Assembly (NCBI GenBank): GCA_963693365.1
Contig: CAVNZM010000012.1
Location: 5,716,889-5,780,888, forward strand
DNA length: 64,000 nucleotides
Reading direction: 5' to 3'
Source: Amoebidium appalachense
Taxonomy: Eukaryota; Protista; Ichthyosporea
This document shows positions 37,620 to 50,901 of this stretch, piece by piece (position 1 is the first letter of the stretch; every line of letters begins with the position of its first letter). The translations under genes were made by a program, and so were the position numbers. The notes beneath the pieces were generated by a model that worked only from the letters and a program-made list of their open reading frames with translations, did not search any database and was not told the origin of the DNA.

Positions 37620-39145
37620 ATGATGGAGGTGTTGACCGCAAAGATACACGAGGCAGAGGCCTTTTACCAGTGGGCCCTGACCCAGGCCGGTGCGTGGGTC
37701 GTGTGTGTGGCTGGGGTGGGGTGGGGGGCTGCGTTTATTTTCTAATGCGGTGCCGCAGACCCGCGCACGGCACAATGGCTTCTGATGGAGTCGCCGCTGC
37801 CAACGCTGGGGCTGTGTGCGGGCTACCTGGCCCTAGTGCTGGGCGGCCAGGTGTTCATGAAGGACAGGCAGCCCTTCGACCTGCGGCGCTTCTCCATCGT
37901 CTACAACCTGTCCATGGTGGGCCTGTCGGGGTACATGTTTTTCGAGGTAGGCTTGAACTTTGTGGTGCGCGCCAGCCGTATGCATGTCACACCCAGCTGA
38001 CACGAGGGGTTGGCAGCTGGTGTACACGGCTATCATGCAGGGCTATAACTGGACCTGTGACGGATTGAGCTACTCGGATAACCCGTATGCTGTGCGCATG
38101 GCCCGGGCGCTCTGGTGGTACTACTTCAGCAAGGTGCTGGGATTCACGGACACGGTAAGTTTTCGAGCACAGGCAGACGGGGCATAGATGCAGAGCACAC
38201 ACAAGTAAAAGACAGACATATCCAGACATATATGGAGGAGTTGAGCATATTCCATACCCGCCTGGCTTGCTTGTGCATGTACAAGATAGGCAGTGTTGGG
38301 TGATTGTGTATTCTCAGACACGCCTATGTCCTGTTGGCTTGTTGCTATTTGGGACTGCTCGTGCTTGTGTCTTGTTGCAGCGCCTCTTGGCTTGGGACTC
38401 GTCGTTCCCCCCCTTTCACCACCACACGCTTTGCATGCCTCTGTAAGGTCTCTGTGCCTGCCCGTCTGTCTTAGCACACCCACACACCCGAGCGTGCCTC
38501 CCTGTCTTTCTTAGCATATCCATACACACATAATCGTGCCGGCCTGCCCTTTGCACCCCCACACCATGCCTGATCCCGCCTGCCTGCGTGACCTCAGCAC
38601 TGCTTGTGCCTTGTGCCTGCTAGCCCCCTATTAATGACCCCCTGTGCACACGAACTACACGTAGCTAGTGTCTGTGCACCTTGTCTGTCCGCCATGTTCA
38701 CAGTGCACACGTAGCTATTGGGTGCACCAGTTCCACCCCTCTGCCCTTTACCATACCCGTCTGATGGAACTCTGCAACTGTTGTTGTGTGCCTGTGTGGA
38801 CACCCTGCAAGAGCTGTTCTATGTGGTGTGTGTGGGCCTGTGTGCTTGTGGTGCGGTACGCTCTCGGGCACATGCACACTTGGCCTGCCCTGCATTCTGT
38901 GCCTGTGTGTCTGCCCAGCCATGCACACGTCCCCTGCACAGACTGCCTTCGCTCGAAATGGCTCTACCACCCCTACTCGACATGCCCCCACCCCAACCCC
39001 ATTATACCCCTTTTTCATGATGGCTTGCTACTTCACGTCCCTCGCTTCATCCCCCCCCTCCCCCTCCCCCCCCCCCTTCCCTGCCTCTCCCCATTTCCCT
39101 ACTTATGGCACATCATTTTCTAGTTCCGCGGCTGCTGTCATCCAG

Positions 39146-39190
<45 letters not shown>

Positions 39191-40099
39191 CTTCAATTGA
39201 TTGATTTTGGACTTCCCGCTTTTGCGACGTTTTGTTGATGCTCTTTGTTGTCTCCTCCATATTTCCAACCCTCTAACGCATACATTCCCCCCCCCCCCCC
39301 CCCCCCCCTCCCCCCGGCTGCCTTTGCCTGCACATATGCACACACACACACAAACACACACACACACACACACACACACAGGCACAGAAGCATAGAGGTG
39401 CACCATGGCGCACCACACAGGCACAGATCCACAGACAGGCATAGAGTCACAGATCCACATGCATACACACGCAAACAGCACACACCTCCATGCAGAGACC
39501 ATGCCCCACTCGTGCACCACCACCACCGCCCCCCTAGCTGGCACCCTTCCACTCACCCGAGACCTTGCATGTTTATTGCCCATGCACTGACGCTGCCGGG
39601 GGCCCAGTTCCTGATGGTGCTGCGCAAGAAGAACAACCAGATCACGTTCCTGCACGTGTACCACCACGTGTCCATGTTCATTCTGTGGTGGGTGTCCGTG
39701 CGCTGGAGTGCCGGGGGCCAGCTGTTCTTTGGGCCCGTGTGCAACTGCCTCATCCACTGCTTCATGTACTACTACTACGCATGCTCGGCCGCCGGCGTCA
39801 ACGTGTGGTGGAAGAAGTACATGACCCAGATGCAGCTGGTGAGCACCCTGGCCATGGCCCCCGGGGGAAAGGCGGGGGAGGGGGAGGGGGGGGGGGGGAG
39901 GGGGCTGACCCTGTGGGGGTTACAGATCCAGTTCTTTGCCACAATCGGGCACGCCATCAACGGGCTGGTCAACGACTGCGGCCACCCCAAGTGGATGCTG
40001 ATGCTGCTTACGTCATACATGTGCACCCTGGTCGTGCTCTTTGCCAACTTCTACATCAAGACATACACCAAGCGGCCCCAGCAAAAGAAGACAAACTGA
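37620..40099 (+). CDS. ELOVL: ELO/ELOVL fatty-acid elongase (ELOVL4-like), 5 exons
   Basis: DPRTAQWLLMESP, WWYYFSKVLGFTDT, FLMVLRKKNNQITFLHVYHH, NCLIHCFMYYYY, WWKKYMTQMQLIQF, LFANFY, and C-terminal KKTN ER-retrieval motif. Confidence 0.96.
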
Positions 40100-40547
40100 G
40101 CCAACCCCCCAGGCTGCAGGCGGGCCTGCAGCACCGTGCACCACCTAACAGCGCCAGGCGGGGCGGGTCCCCAGTGCCGGCCTATATCCAGGACATATAG
40201 CAGGCAGGCCTATTTTCAGGGTACACAGAGCAGGCACCTTATATTCAGTACACAGCAGGCGGGCCCATGTTCAGTACGCCCATAGCTGTGAGCATATTTT
40301 CAGCTCTTATGTACACATGGAACTTTCCAATAACCCAAAAGCAAATACACACAGCAGGGCCAGGAATTTAATCTGCCAGCCACAGAACACGTGTATGAAA
40401 TGCCCCAGTGCTGGACGAGGGAAACTTGTTTAGGTGGGTGTAGAGGGTGTCCGTGTGTGGGTGCACATGGTTGAGGTGTTGCGAGAATAATAGGCTTGCC
40501 CAAAGGAAAGCTAACCCTAGTGTGTGTTTTCCACATTGATTGTGTGC

Positions 40548-40586
<39 letters not shown>

Positions 40587-40684
40587 CAGGATATGCACAA
40601 ACACATCCACCCATACACGCACACACATACAATTACACTCGCGCACACACACACGCACACACACCCATCAAAATACAAACACCG

Positions 40685-40718
<34 letters not shown>

Positions 40719-41111
40719 ACACAGAATCACACTCGCGCGCGCACACACACGCGCACACGTGTACACCAAAATACAAACACCGTGAAAATACAAACACCGT
40801 GACACACACACAGAGTCTAGACACCCACGTACAGTGTCACACACACACATACGTGCACATATATCATCATTGAAACACACACCATGTTGTACAACATTGC
40901 ACCCTGCCTATGTGCACTTGAACAGATACTTGTGCACACACGCCCACACAACATTGCACCCTAATGATTAGACAACGAACAACACGCACGCGTGTGCGCG
41001 CATACACAGTGTCACATACACACATGCAGTGTCACAGACACGGGCACACATAGTTTGTACTTTTTGCTTTCTGACTGGGTATACACATGTGTGTGTGGCC
41101 GGTGTGTGTGT

Positions 41112-41162
<51 letters not shown>

Positions 41163-41312
41163 GGAGAGGAGGGATCAATTGATTTTTTAGCGACAATCAG
41201 GGAAGTTTATAACGGCCGTTACCGTAACTATACAAAAACGGGCAGCCATGTATAAATCTGAGTTTGTACTTTCATCTGCTTTCAGAAGCACTGTGCAGTT
41301 TGTGTTCGATTT

Positions 41313-41430
41313 GTGTGTGTGTGTGTGCGTGCACGTGTACGTGTGTGTGAGGTTTCGAAAAATTGCCCCCCCCCCCCCCCCCCCTCCCCTCCCTCTCCCC
41401 CCCGGTCATTTTTAGCGACAGGCCAAGCCT

Positions 41431-41465
<35 letters not shown>

Positions 41466-41632
41466 TCCGTGTGTACACGTGTGTGTGCGTGTGTGTGTGT
41501 GTGTGCATGTTCTGTTTGTGTGTGTGTGTGTGACGTGTGTGTGTGTGTGTGTGTGTGTGCGTGTGTGTGTGTGCGTGTGTGCGTGCGTGTGTGTGTGTGT
41601 GTGTGTGTGTATGTTCTGTGTGTACACGTGTG

Positions 41633-41675
<43 letters not shown>

Positions 41676-41693
41676 TCTGCGTGTACACGTGTA

Positions 41694-41732
<39 letters not shown>

Positions 41733-42076
41733 GTGTGTGACGTGTGTGCGTGTGTGTGTGTGTATGTTCTGTGTACACGTGTGTGTGCGTGCGTGTGTGT
41801 GTGTGTGTGTGTGCGCGTGTGTGCGTGCGTGTGTGTGTGACGTGTGTGCGGTTGTGCGTGTGTGTGTGTGTGTGTGTGTGACGTGTGTGCGTGTGTGTGT
41901 GTGTGTGTGTATGTTCTGTGTACACGTGTGTGTGCGTGCGTGTGTGTGTGTGTGTGTGTGCGCGTGTGTGCGTGCGTGTGTGTGTGACGTGTGTGCGGTT
42001 GTGCGTGTGTGTGTGTGTGTGTGTGTGACGTGTGTGCGTGTGTGTGTATGTTCTGTGTACACGTGTGTGTGCGTGC

Positions 42077-42109
<33 letters not shown>

Positions 42110-42331
42110 CGTGCGTATGTGTGTGACGTGTGTGCGGTTGTGCGTGTGTGTGTGTGTGTGTGTGTATGTTCTGTGTACACGTGTGTGTGCGTGCGTGTGT
42201 GTGTGTATGTGTGTGCGCGTGTGTGCGTGCGTGTGTGTGTGACGTGTGTGCGGTTGTGCGTGTGTGTGTGTGTGTGTGTGTGACGTGTGTGCGTGTGTGC
42301 GTGTGTGTGTGTGTGTATGTTCTGTGTACGC

Positions 42332-42364
<33 letters not shown>

Positions 42365-42645
42365 CGTGCGTGTGTGTGTGACGTGTGTGCGGTTGTGCGT
42401 GTGTGTGTGTGTGTGTGTGTATGTTCTATGTGTACACGTGTGTGTGCGTACGTGTGTGTGTGTGTGTGTGCGTGCGTGTGTGTGTGACGTGTGTGCGTGT
42501 GTGCGTGCGTGCGTGTGTGTGTGTGTATGTTCTGTGTGTACACGTGTGTGTGCGTGCGTGTGTGTGTATGTTCTGTTTGTGTGTGTGTGTGTGACGTGTG
42601 TGTGTGTGTGTGCGTGTGCGTGTGTGTGCGTGCGTGTGTGTGTGA

Positions 42646-42686
<41 letters not shown>

Positions 42687-42793
42687 ACGTGTGTGTGCGT
42701 GCGTGTGTGTGTGTGTATGTTCTGTTTGTGTGTGTGTGTGTGACGTGTGTGTGTGCGTGTGTGTGTGTGTGTGTATGACTGCGTGCGTGTGTG

Positions 42794-42834
<41 letters not shown>

Positions 42835-42893
42835 CGTGTGTGTGTGTGTGTGTGTGACTGCGTGCGTGTGTGTGTGTGTGTGTGTGTGTGACG

Positions 42894-42926
<33 letters not shown>

Positions 42927-43254
42927 TGTGTATGTTCTGTGTGTACACGTGTGTGTGCGTGCGTGTGTGTGTGTGTATGTTCTGTTTGTGTGTGTGTGTG
43001 TGACGTGTGTGTGTGTGTGCGTGTGTGCGTGCGTGTGTGTGTGTGTGTGACGTGTGCGCGTGTGTGCGTGCGTGTGTGTGTGTGTGTGTGTGTATGTTCT
43101 GTGTGTACCTGTGTGTGCGTGCGTGTGTGTGTGTGTATGTTCTGTTTGTGTGTGTGTGTGTGACGTGTGTGTGTGTGTGCGTGTGTGCGTGTGTGTGCGT
43201 GCGTGTGTGTGTGTGTGTGTGTGTGACTGCGTGCGTGCGTGTGTGTGTGTGACG

Positions 43255-43287
<33 letters not shown>

Positions 43288-43793
43288 ATGTTCTGTGTGT
43301 ACACGTGTGTGTGCGTGCGTGTGTGTGTGTATGTTCTGTTTGTGTGTGTGTGTGACGTGTGTGCGTATGTGCGTGTTTGCGTGTGTGCGTGCGTGTGTGT
43401 GTGTGTGTGTGTGCGTGTGTGCGTGTGTGTGTGTGCGCGTGTGTGTTTGTGTATGTTCTGTGTGTACATGTGTGTGTGCGTGCGTGCGTGTGTGTGTATG
43501 TTCTGTTTGTGTGTGTGTGTATGACGTGTGTGCGTGTGTGCGTGTGTGTGCGTGTGTGTGTGTGTGTGACGTGTGTGCGTGTGTGTGTGTGTGTGTTCTG
43601 TGTGTACGTGTGTGTGCGTGTGTGTGTGTGTGTGTATGTTCTGTTTGTGTGTGTGTGTGTGACGTGTGTGTGTGTGTGCGTGTGTGCGTGTGTGTGCGTG
43701 TGTGTGTGCGTGTTTGTGCGTGTGTGCGTGTGTGCGTGTGTGCGTGTGTGCGTGCGTGTGTGTGTGTGTGTGTGTACATGTGTGTGTGTGTGC

Positions 43794-43881
<88 letters not shown>

Positions 43882-44075
43882 GTCACGGTGTCTGGTGTGT
43901 GTGTGTGTGTGTGTACATGTGTGTGTGTGTGTGTGCCTGTGTGTGTGTGTGTATGTTTGTGTGTGTGTATACATGTGTGTGTGTTTGTGTGTGTGCGTGT
44001 GTCACGGCGTCTGGGTGTGTGTGTGTGTGTGTGCGCCTGTGTGTGTGTGTGTGTGTGTGCCTGTGTGAGCGTGTG

Positions 44076-44140
<65 letters not shown>
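41313..44140. repeat. 2.8-kb compound (GT)n satellite with higher-order units
   Basis: (GT)n regularly punctuated by TATGTTCTGT, GTACACGT, GTGACGT, GCGGTT. Confidence 0.92.
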
Positions 44141-44141
<1 letters not shown>

Positions 44142-45067
44142 TCACGTGTGATAGGGGAGGTTAGGTTTGCATGCAGTGTTGAGCGAACCAAACGCGAGGC
44201 ATGATAGGCAGTGTAATGCCACGAGAAGCGGCTACGAGCCTTCTTGGATCCATCTTGGTACTCAGTTCAATACACTATGTACACGTGAGAAGTTGTGAAC
44301 TGTTATGGAATCCATACAGTGTCCTGAGTCCTTCCAGGTACCGTCATCGCCCGCCATTTTGGAGAACCCAATCACATGAAGCCATAAGAATGAGCTCTGC
44401 ATTCCACAGAATCCACACACTGCTCGTGAGTTCTGGACGTGCGCTAAGCAGGTGTGACCTTGCTTCAATCAAAAATGACCATCAGTGAATCAAAAGTGGT
44501 CAACGGTGCACAGTTGCTCAGAACTACAAAGCATGGTAGCTATATATATTAGATCAGCCCTCTAACAGCACCTTAATAATGAGGGGTTTATTATTTGGGC
44601 TTGGATATTATTATCATGCCCTGCCATGCATTGGGATCTCATAACACCGAGACGCTTGTTTCTTAGATCCGGCAGTTGCTATAGCATAGCGCATAGAACC
44701 TGGAACGGTCTGCACCAACCATAATGGCTCCATCTCTAGAATTCCACAGCAGATTTGTCACACCTGAATGATCCAATCAGAGGAGGCCACTTGCCGTATA
44801 TGGTCACAACTAATTTGCAGAGGTCCACGTGCATCCCAGATCTGCCAATCAGGTGAGCCTTTACTTTGAGCTTTCTGAGGCCCTTTTTCCTGCTCACTTG
44901 AAGGCTTGTAGGAAAAGGAGTTGGCAACTTGAACTACGTTTGCTTGTTCGAGCGTTTGAGTTCCGACGTTTGCAGTTGTCAAGAGCGAACAAAGCATACA
45001 GCAACATCACCTGTGGCGTGTGGCATGTGCGAATTTTTTGTTAACGAAGCAACGCGTAGCCGCTAAC

Positions 45068-46200
45068 ATGACCTGCCAAACGAAGGAACGCACAGAGGGT
45101 GCCTCAGCCCCTGCCGAGCACACTGGGCTAGTAGCAGTCAGGCATGTTGCACTTGGATCTTCGGCCGAGCTCTGGCGTGGGTTCGACCCGACAAGAAATC
45201 ATGACGTTGTAATCAAGAAGCCTTTGCCAGGCCACGCCCACACACTGAGACACGAGACCACGGTGCTGGGCCACGTGTGTGACCACCCCAACATTGCTAC
45301 CCTCTACGGCACTATACAGCTTGATGGCGAGCCTTGTATGGTGCTGGAGGCTGGAGAGCACGACCTGCTGGCTACACTCGCCCCCGGCGTGGGGCTTGGC
45401 GAGGTGAAGCGAGCGTGTGTGCGTGCTGCCTGGGGTGCTTGTGTTACTTGTGCCGCATCTTTGGAAGGTCATAGTCTAGAACAAAGCTCTTTTTCGCTCG
45501 AGATTCGCTGACTAACTTGGCGTGCTGATGATGCCACTGGTGTGCTTATGTCGATGCTGCAATGGTTTGCAGCATGGGCTCGGGTATCTGTCATGCTAAT
45601 GGTCACTCGCTGCAGCGCCCGGCCGTGCAGTTGCTGTATCAGGTGGTGTGCGCTGTCGAGCACCTCCACCGGCTGGGCTATGCCCACCGCGACCTCAAGC
45701 CCGAAAACGTCGTGCTGGCGCATGACACCAGCGTGCGCCTGGTGGACCTGGGCGGGGCAGCCCACGTGGACGACGTCGAGCGGTGCTGTGGGCGCAGCGG
45801 CACGGAGCACTATCTGGCGCCCGAGTGTTTGGAGGCGGCCAGCAGGGACCCACGGCAGGCCGACAGCTGGAGCCTGGGGGTGCTGTTCTGGGTGCTGGTG
45901 TGGGGGCGCTTTCCATGGCAGACGGCCTGCAGCCGCAATGACCCCGAGTATGCGGCCTGGGTGAGTGGGCGGTTTGGGGCCACAAACAGGGCGCAGTGGC
46001 TGGGACTGAGCCACCGGGCACTTGAGCTGCTTAGAAACCTGCTCCGTGCCAACCCAGCCAGACGCTGGTCGGCCAGCCAGGCCCGCCAGTACATGGAGGC
46101 CGTATGGGCATGCGTTCCCTACAAGCCCAGCTCCACACCCTCGCTCTGCCTGCTGCACGGGCAGGCGCCCCTCACAGAGTCGTTGAAGCTGTGCACCTGA
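45068..46200 (+). CDS. Ser/Thr protein kinase, 2 exons (45068-45403, 45616-46200)
   Basis: VVIKK, HPNI, HRDLKPEN, VDLG, GTEHYLAPE, DSWSLGV, FPW, PARR. Confidence 0.93.
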
Positions 46201-47131
46201 TGTTATGCCAGTTTTTGGAAGGATTGCTACACTCATTAACATAGAGTGGTATTATGAAACAGAGCACTTGCAGCACACAGCGCAGGCCATACCAACCGTC
46301 GAATGAACCTGAATGATGAGCTGTGTTTGCAGACAGCCAAGGCAAATATCAGCTTGGAAAGCGTCTTTATTCTTTATGTTTCGTATTAGGATTCACTCAG
46401 CTGGACAAATATCTAGTAAAGCACGGACTGGTTCCTGCTTGCTTGTATCATAGATAGTCGCTCTATAAGCCCTAACGCATGCAAGAAGTTACTGTAGTGG
46501 CATGTTTTGATTTTCATCGTGTGGACCTCAAGGTATACTAGTTATTTTAGTGCTGTCATTCGTTTGCAAAAGCAGTCATCCTATGAAGCAGCACGTTTGC
46601 AGCATACCAAGCAGGCATTTTCCACCAACGATTCCACCCTGCTGCAGTATTTCCAGAGTTCTCAGGCATTCCTCATCGTTGAAAGCACATGTGTTCTTCA
46701 GGGTTCCAGTTCAGGTTTCAACCAACCGGAAGAAAATATTGGGCAGCACGGACTGGTTCCTGTTTGCTTGTATGACCAGTGTTCTTCACTGTCTCCTTTT
46801 GAAAAGACTTTGACACTTTGTTTTTATAGCCTTTTCAATGATGCTCCTTGTACGTACGCTACTGATGTGCACTTTGACATAGCACTTGACTACACTTTGA
46901 ATCTCAGCTGTGCACAACCACGGTTCTTGGTATGTGTCCGTGCCTTAGCGTGTGCAGGCGACATGGTTTGTCTGTGCGGCAATTGGCTCCTGGCCCTTGG
47001 TGTGTGTGTGTACAGTGACTCGGACTGGGGGCCAAAAGACATGCTATGTATGCATATGTGTGCTGTTTATGAGGCCTTATGCTGTGTTTGTAAACTGTAC
47101 ACCAGCCTGTACACCTCTCTCCAGTGACAAT

Positions 47132-47153
47132 CAAGGCCTCCTACTCTGCCTTG
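47132..47153. mobile_element. 22-bp hAT-like micro-element with 8-bp TSD
   Basis: GTGACAAT|CAAGGCCTCCTACTCTGCCTTG|GTGACAAT; first 12 nt identical to the 2786 element. Confidence 0.7.
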
Positions 47154-47213
47154 GTGACAATGCTCAAGCCACTTGATTCTTGAACTCACCAATTCAGACC
47201 GAACTTCGGTCAC

Positions 47214-48369
47214 CAACGCATTGCTCACCCCCCCATCGGTCCGGTCCGGTCCGGTCCGGCCTTTCATCGGTCCGGTCCCGGTCCTAATTCGGTCCTTTTC
47301 AGGGGTCCGACCCCCCCCCCCCCCCCCCCCTCCCCCCCTCCGGGGCCGGTGCCTCCCCCTCCCCGCCTTCGCAGCCCCCCTTCCCCCCCTCCCCGCATCC
47401 CCCCCGGCTCCCCTTCGTTAGATCCCCCCTCCCCCCCCCCCGGCGCACCCCCCCTCGGCCCCGGGCCCAACTTGCCAACTTGCGCGCGCCGGCCCCACCT
47501 GCAGGCCTGGGCCCAACCGTTGCCCGCCTCCTCCCCATCCTCCCCTACTGTCCTTTGTGCCCTCGGGCCCTTCTCTCCCTCCCCTGCCGTGCACCCTCTC
47601 GTCAAGCTCAGCCCCCTCCCATGCATGCATGCGCACGCTACCAAGAGTGCCCTCTCAACTCCGCAGTGATAGCTTTCGCGCTAGCTATATGGTGCTTGTT
47701 AGCACAAGCAATAGATGCTCTCCTCCTTTTATATCCTTTTTGGATCAGGTGTGGGCCACTGGCGCACTGCATCATCTCAAGGGAGTGTCATGCATATATG
47801 GCCTGTTTCTTGTGTCAGAGATCCTTAGCCTACGGTGTTCCTGTCGAGTGGACTAACGAGATCTCTTAAAGAATGGAGAGCGTGAGCGTGTGGAAAGTGA
47901 GGGTAGAGAGTGGAGAAGAAAGGGTAGAGAAATGGAGAAGGGAGGGAAGGGGGGGATTAGCCGTGTTGAGGCTATGCACTGTGACGGTCCTGTCACCTAC
48001 TGAGGTGACTCGTATTTTTCCTTACACACACAGCGAACACTGGACTCTCGGGACCGTAGAGCCGCCGCGAGAGAAAGCATGCGCGCGGTTCCTGCTCGTT
48101 GTTTTTATAGTTACATAAACCAAGTTTTTTACCCGCCTGTGTATGTGAGATTTGCAGCCTAGAAATGGGTGTGAGGCGAACGGCAAGTTCATAGCAGCCC
48201 AGGCACCGTCAGTACGTGCCAGGTGACGGTCTACCTGGGGGCAAAAAAACACAACCTCGAAAAAAAAGGCCCATATTGAACCGGTCCGCCGAAGTGAGGA
48301 CCGGTCCGGTCCGGTCCTACCCCTGGACCGGTCCGGCCTGTCGGTCCGGTCTAGACCGGCCATGCCTTG
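47214..48369. mobile_element. Putative hAT-like non-autonomous element with subterminal CCGGT arrays
   Basis: CCGGT/GGACC clusters at 47236-47310 and 48280-48360. Right end GGCCATGCCTTG; degenerate left end CAACGCATTGC; TSD not clean. Confidence 0.5.
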
Positions 48370-48605
48370 GTCGGCTACAATACCACATTGGTGCGCACTC
48401 TGATCAAATTGATTGGTCTACTTAAAACAACGACAACCAATGGGCCAGAAGGTATGCAGTCAGGAATGCAGGCCTCAGAAAACAACAAAGCTCGACAACT
48501 TGCGAGTCACAATTGTGACTAGCGGCCCAAGCACTTCTGACCAGTTTCAGTCTCCTTGTATGTATTCAGTTAGACCCACATGGTGTAGTCCATGCTCGCT
48601 GCACT

Positions 48606-50114
48606 ATGGGGGTGTCGAAGGACCCACCGGCCCCAGAGGCCGTCATGGCCTTCTGCTGCCGCGCCGTCTGCAACCGCCTGGACCCGCCACAGAAACCTGA
48701 CGACGTACGTGGCCGCTCGACTCTAGTTTCCTTTCCCCGGGGGGGGGGGGGGGGGGGGGGGAGAGGGGGAGGAGGGGGGTTGTCTGAAGAGGCAGGGAGC
48801 TGAGCAGGGCGGGCAGGTGGACACCGAGAAGGCGCTGCTGGCCGTACGCGACCTACTGGGCGTGAGCAAGTACAGCTATGCCGACATAATGGTGGGTTGG
48901 GCAGTAGGGGCAGGCGGGTAGGTGGGGCACGTGCTGACAGGCAGGGGCACAGCGCCACGAGCGCAATAGCTGCTGCCAACGCGACGTGCTTGTGCACGTG
49001 GCTGAGGTGTCGGGGCTGCCCCTGCGCTTTACCACCCCAGCAGTCATCTATTGCAGCGTGCAGATACCCGGCAGCGTCACGGGGGGTGCGTGTGTGCCCT
49101 TATCTTGGGGGACGGGGGGAGGGGGGCGGGGGGGAGGGGGGGGGGGGGGGGGTTGAGGGCAGGGGCTGACGGGGCAAGCAGTGACTGCGCAGGTGGGATA
49201 TGCACGGCGCGTGCTGTTTGACGAGCTGTACCGCAGCCCTGCCCCCGACCTGGACGGCGCCGTGGAGGTGTCGGTCTGGGAGGCCCCGGACGGGCCCAGC
49301 CCCCACAGCGGCACCCACGCACACGGTGGGGAGCCTGGCCTAACGGTGCAAGCACCGGGGGCACACACTCACCTCCCCACCACTCCCCAGCCATACCGCT
49401 GGACAGCAAGCACCAGTTCCTAGGCCGTGCACGTATTCCCTATGCCAGCCTGGCCAGTAGGGGGCCCCTGACGGTACAAACCCTCCCTGGGTTTGGGGGA
49501 GGGGGGGGAGGCTGGGGGCTGACTGATCTGCTTTCAGGCATACCGGCTGGAGCGGGGAGAGAGGGAAGGGGTGAAGGTGCACGTGGCCTGCTGCTTCATG
49601 ATGCACGGCCCAGCAAAAGGTGTGTGTGTGTGTGTGCGCGTGCGCGTGCGCGTGCGCGTGCGCGTGCGCGTGCGCGTGCGCGTGCGCGTGCGCGTGCGCG
49701 TGCGTGTGCTTGTGCTTGTGCGTGTGCGTGTGCGTGTGCGTGTGCGTGTGCGTGTGTATGTCTTTGTGTGTGTGTGTGTGCAGGGGTACATGTACACATA
49801 AGGTACGCTCGAATGGCAGGAAAGGGGGTGGAAAGGGGCGATGCTGACGTGTGTGTGCAGAGCTGCACGAGGAGATACTGGGCACGTACCAGGCCGTGGT
49901 GGCGGCCAGCCTGGCCTGGAGGGAGGAGCACAACAGTGGGTGCCTGCCTGTGTGCACACAGTACCCTGCTTACACACGTAGTTGCAGGGCATGACATACA
50001 CGTAGGCTACACACACACACTTATCCGTACACAAATGAAATGATCGAAGAATTTATAGTGAAGGACAATTGTGAGAAATGTTTGCAAGAACAGACGTCTG
50101 GGTTATGTGGCCCA

Positions 50115-50186
<72 letters not shown>

Positions 50187-50441
50187 ACACACCCTCCCTG
50201 GTCCTCTGAGGGTCAAAAAACAGGGGGGGGGGGGGGGGGGTGGAGAAGACAGAAAAGGACCAGAAAAGGCAGCCGACAAAATATAAGCCCACACCAGGCA
50301 GCCACCAGCCTCACTACTGACATGGCACACAGTGGACAGCCTGCCCCCCGACCTGTCTCTCCTTCTGCAGCAGTGCCGTGCAGTGGGGGGTCTGGACCCC
50401 CTCATGGCCAGCACCCTGGCCCTGGACCCTGTACGTGCCCT

Positions 50442-50486
<45 letters not shown>

Positions 50487-50843
50487 CTCTATCTGACGGT
50501 GTGGCTGCAGCTTGCCGAGCTGCTGGGGCGCATCAAGGGCCCGGGGCTGGCCCAGGCCGCGGCCGCAGCAGCAGAGTGCCTGGCCACACTGGCCCAGGAC
50601 ACACAGGCGGGCCGGGCCGACCCGACCCTGCAGACTAGGCCCAGCCTCAAGGGTGAGGAGGGGGGCAGGGAGGAGGGGGGTGGGGGGAGGGCAGGGGTTG
50701 ACTTCTTGCATGGGGCAGACAAGTCGCAGCGGCTGCTGCAGGCGGTGAGGGTGGGCCTGCAGACGGTCGAGCAGCTGATCAGCAGCGACCTGAGGGGGGA
50801 CGTGCCGGTGGCCTTCGACAGGTCACGTGCACTAGGTGGGCGT

Positions 50844-50901
<58 letters not shown>

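Noticed and set aside
41272-43974. 900-aa His/Thr-rich ORF and similar HT/CV ORFs throughout the window
   Set aside because: Translations of (CA)n/(GT)n; open in many frames simply because the repeats lack stops.
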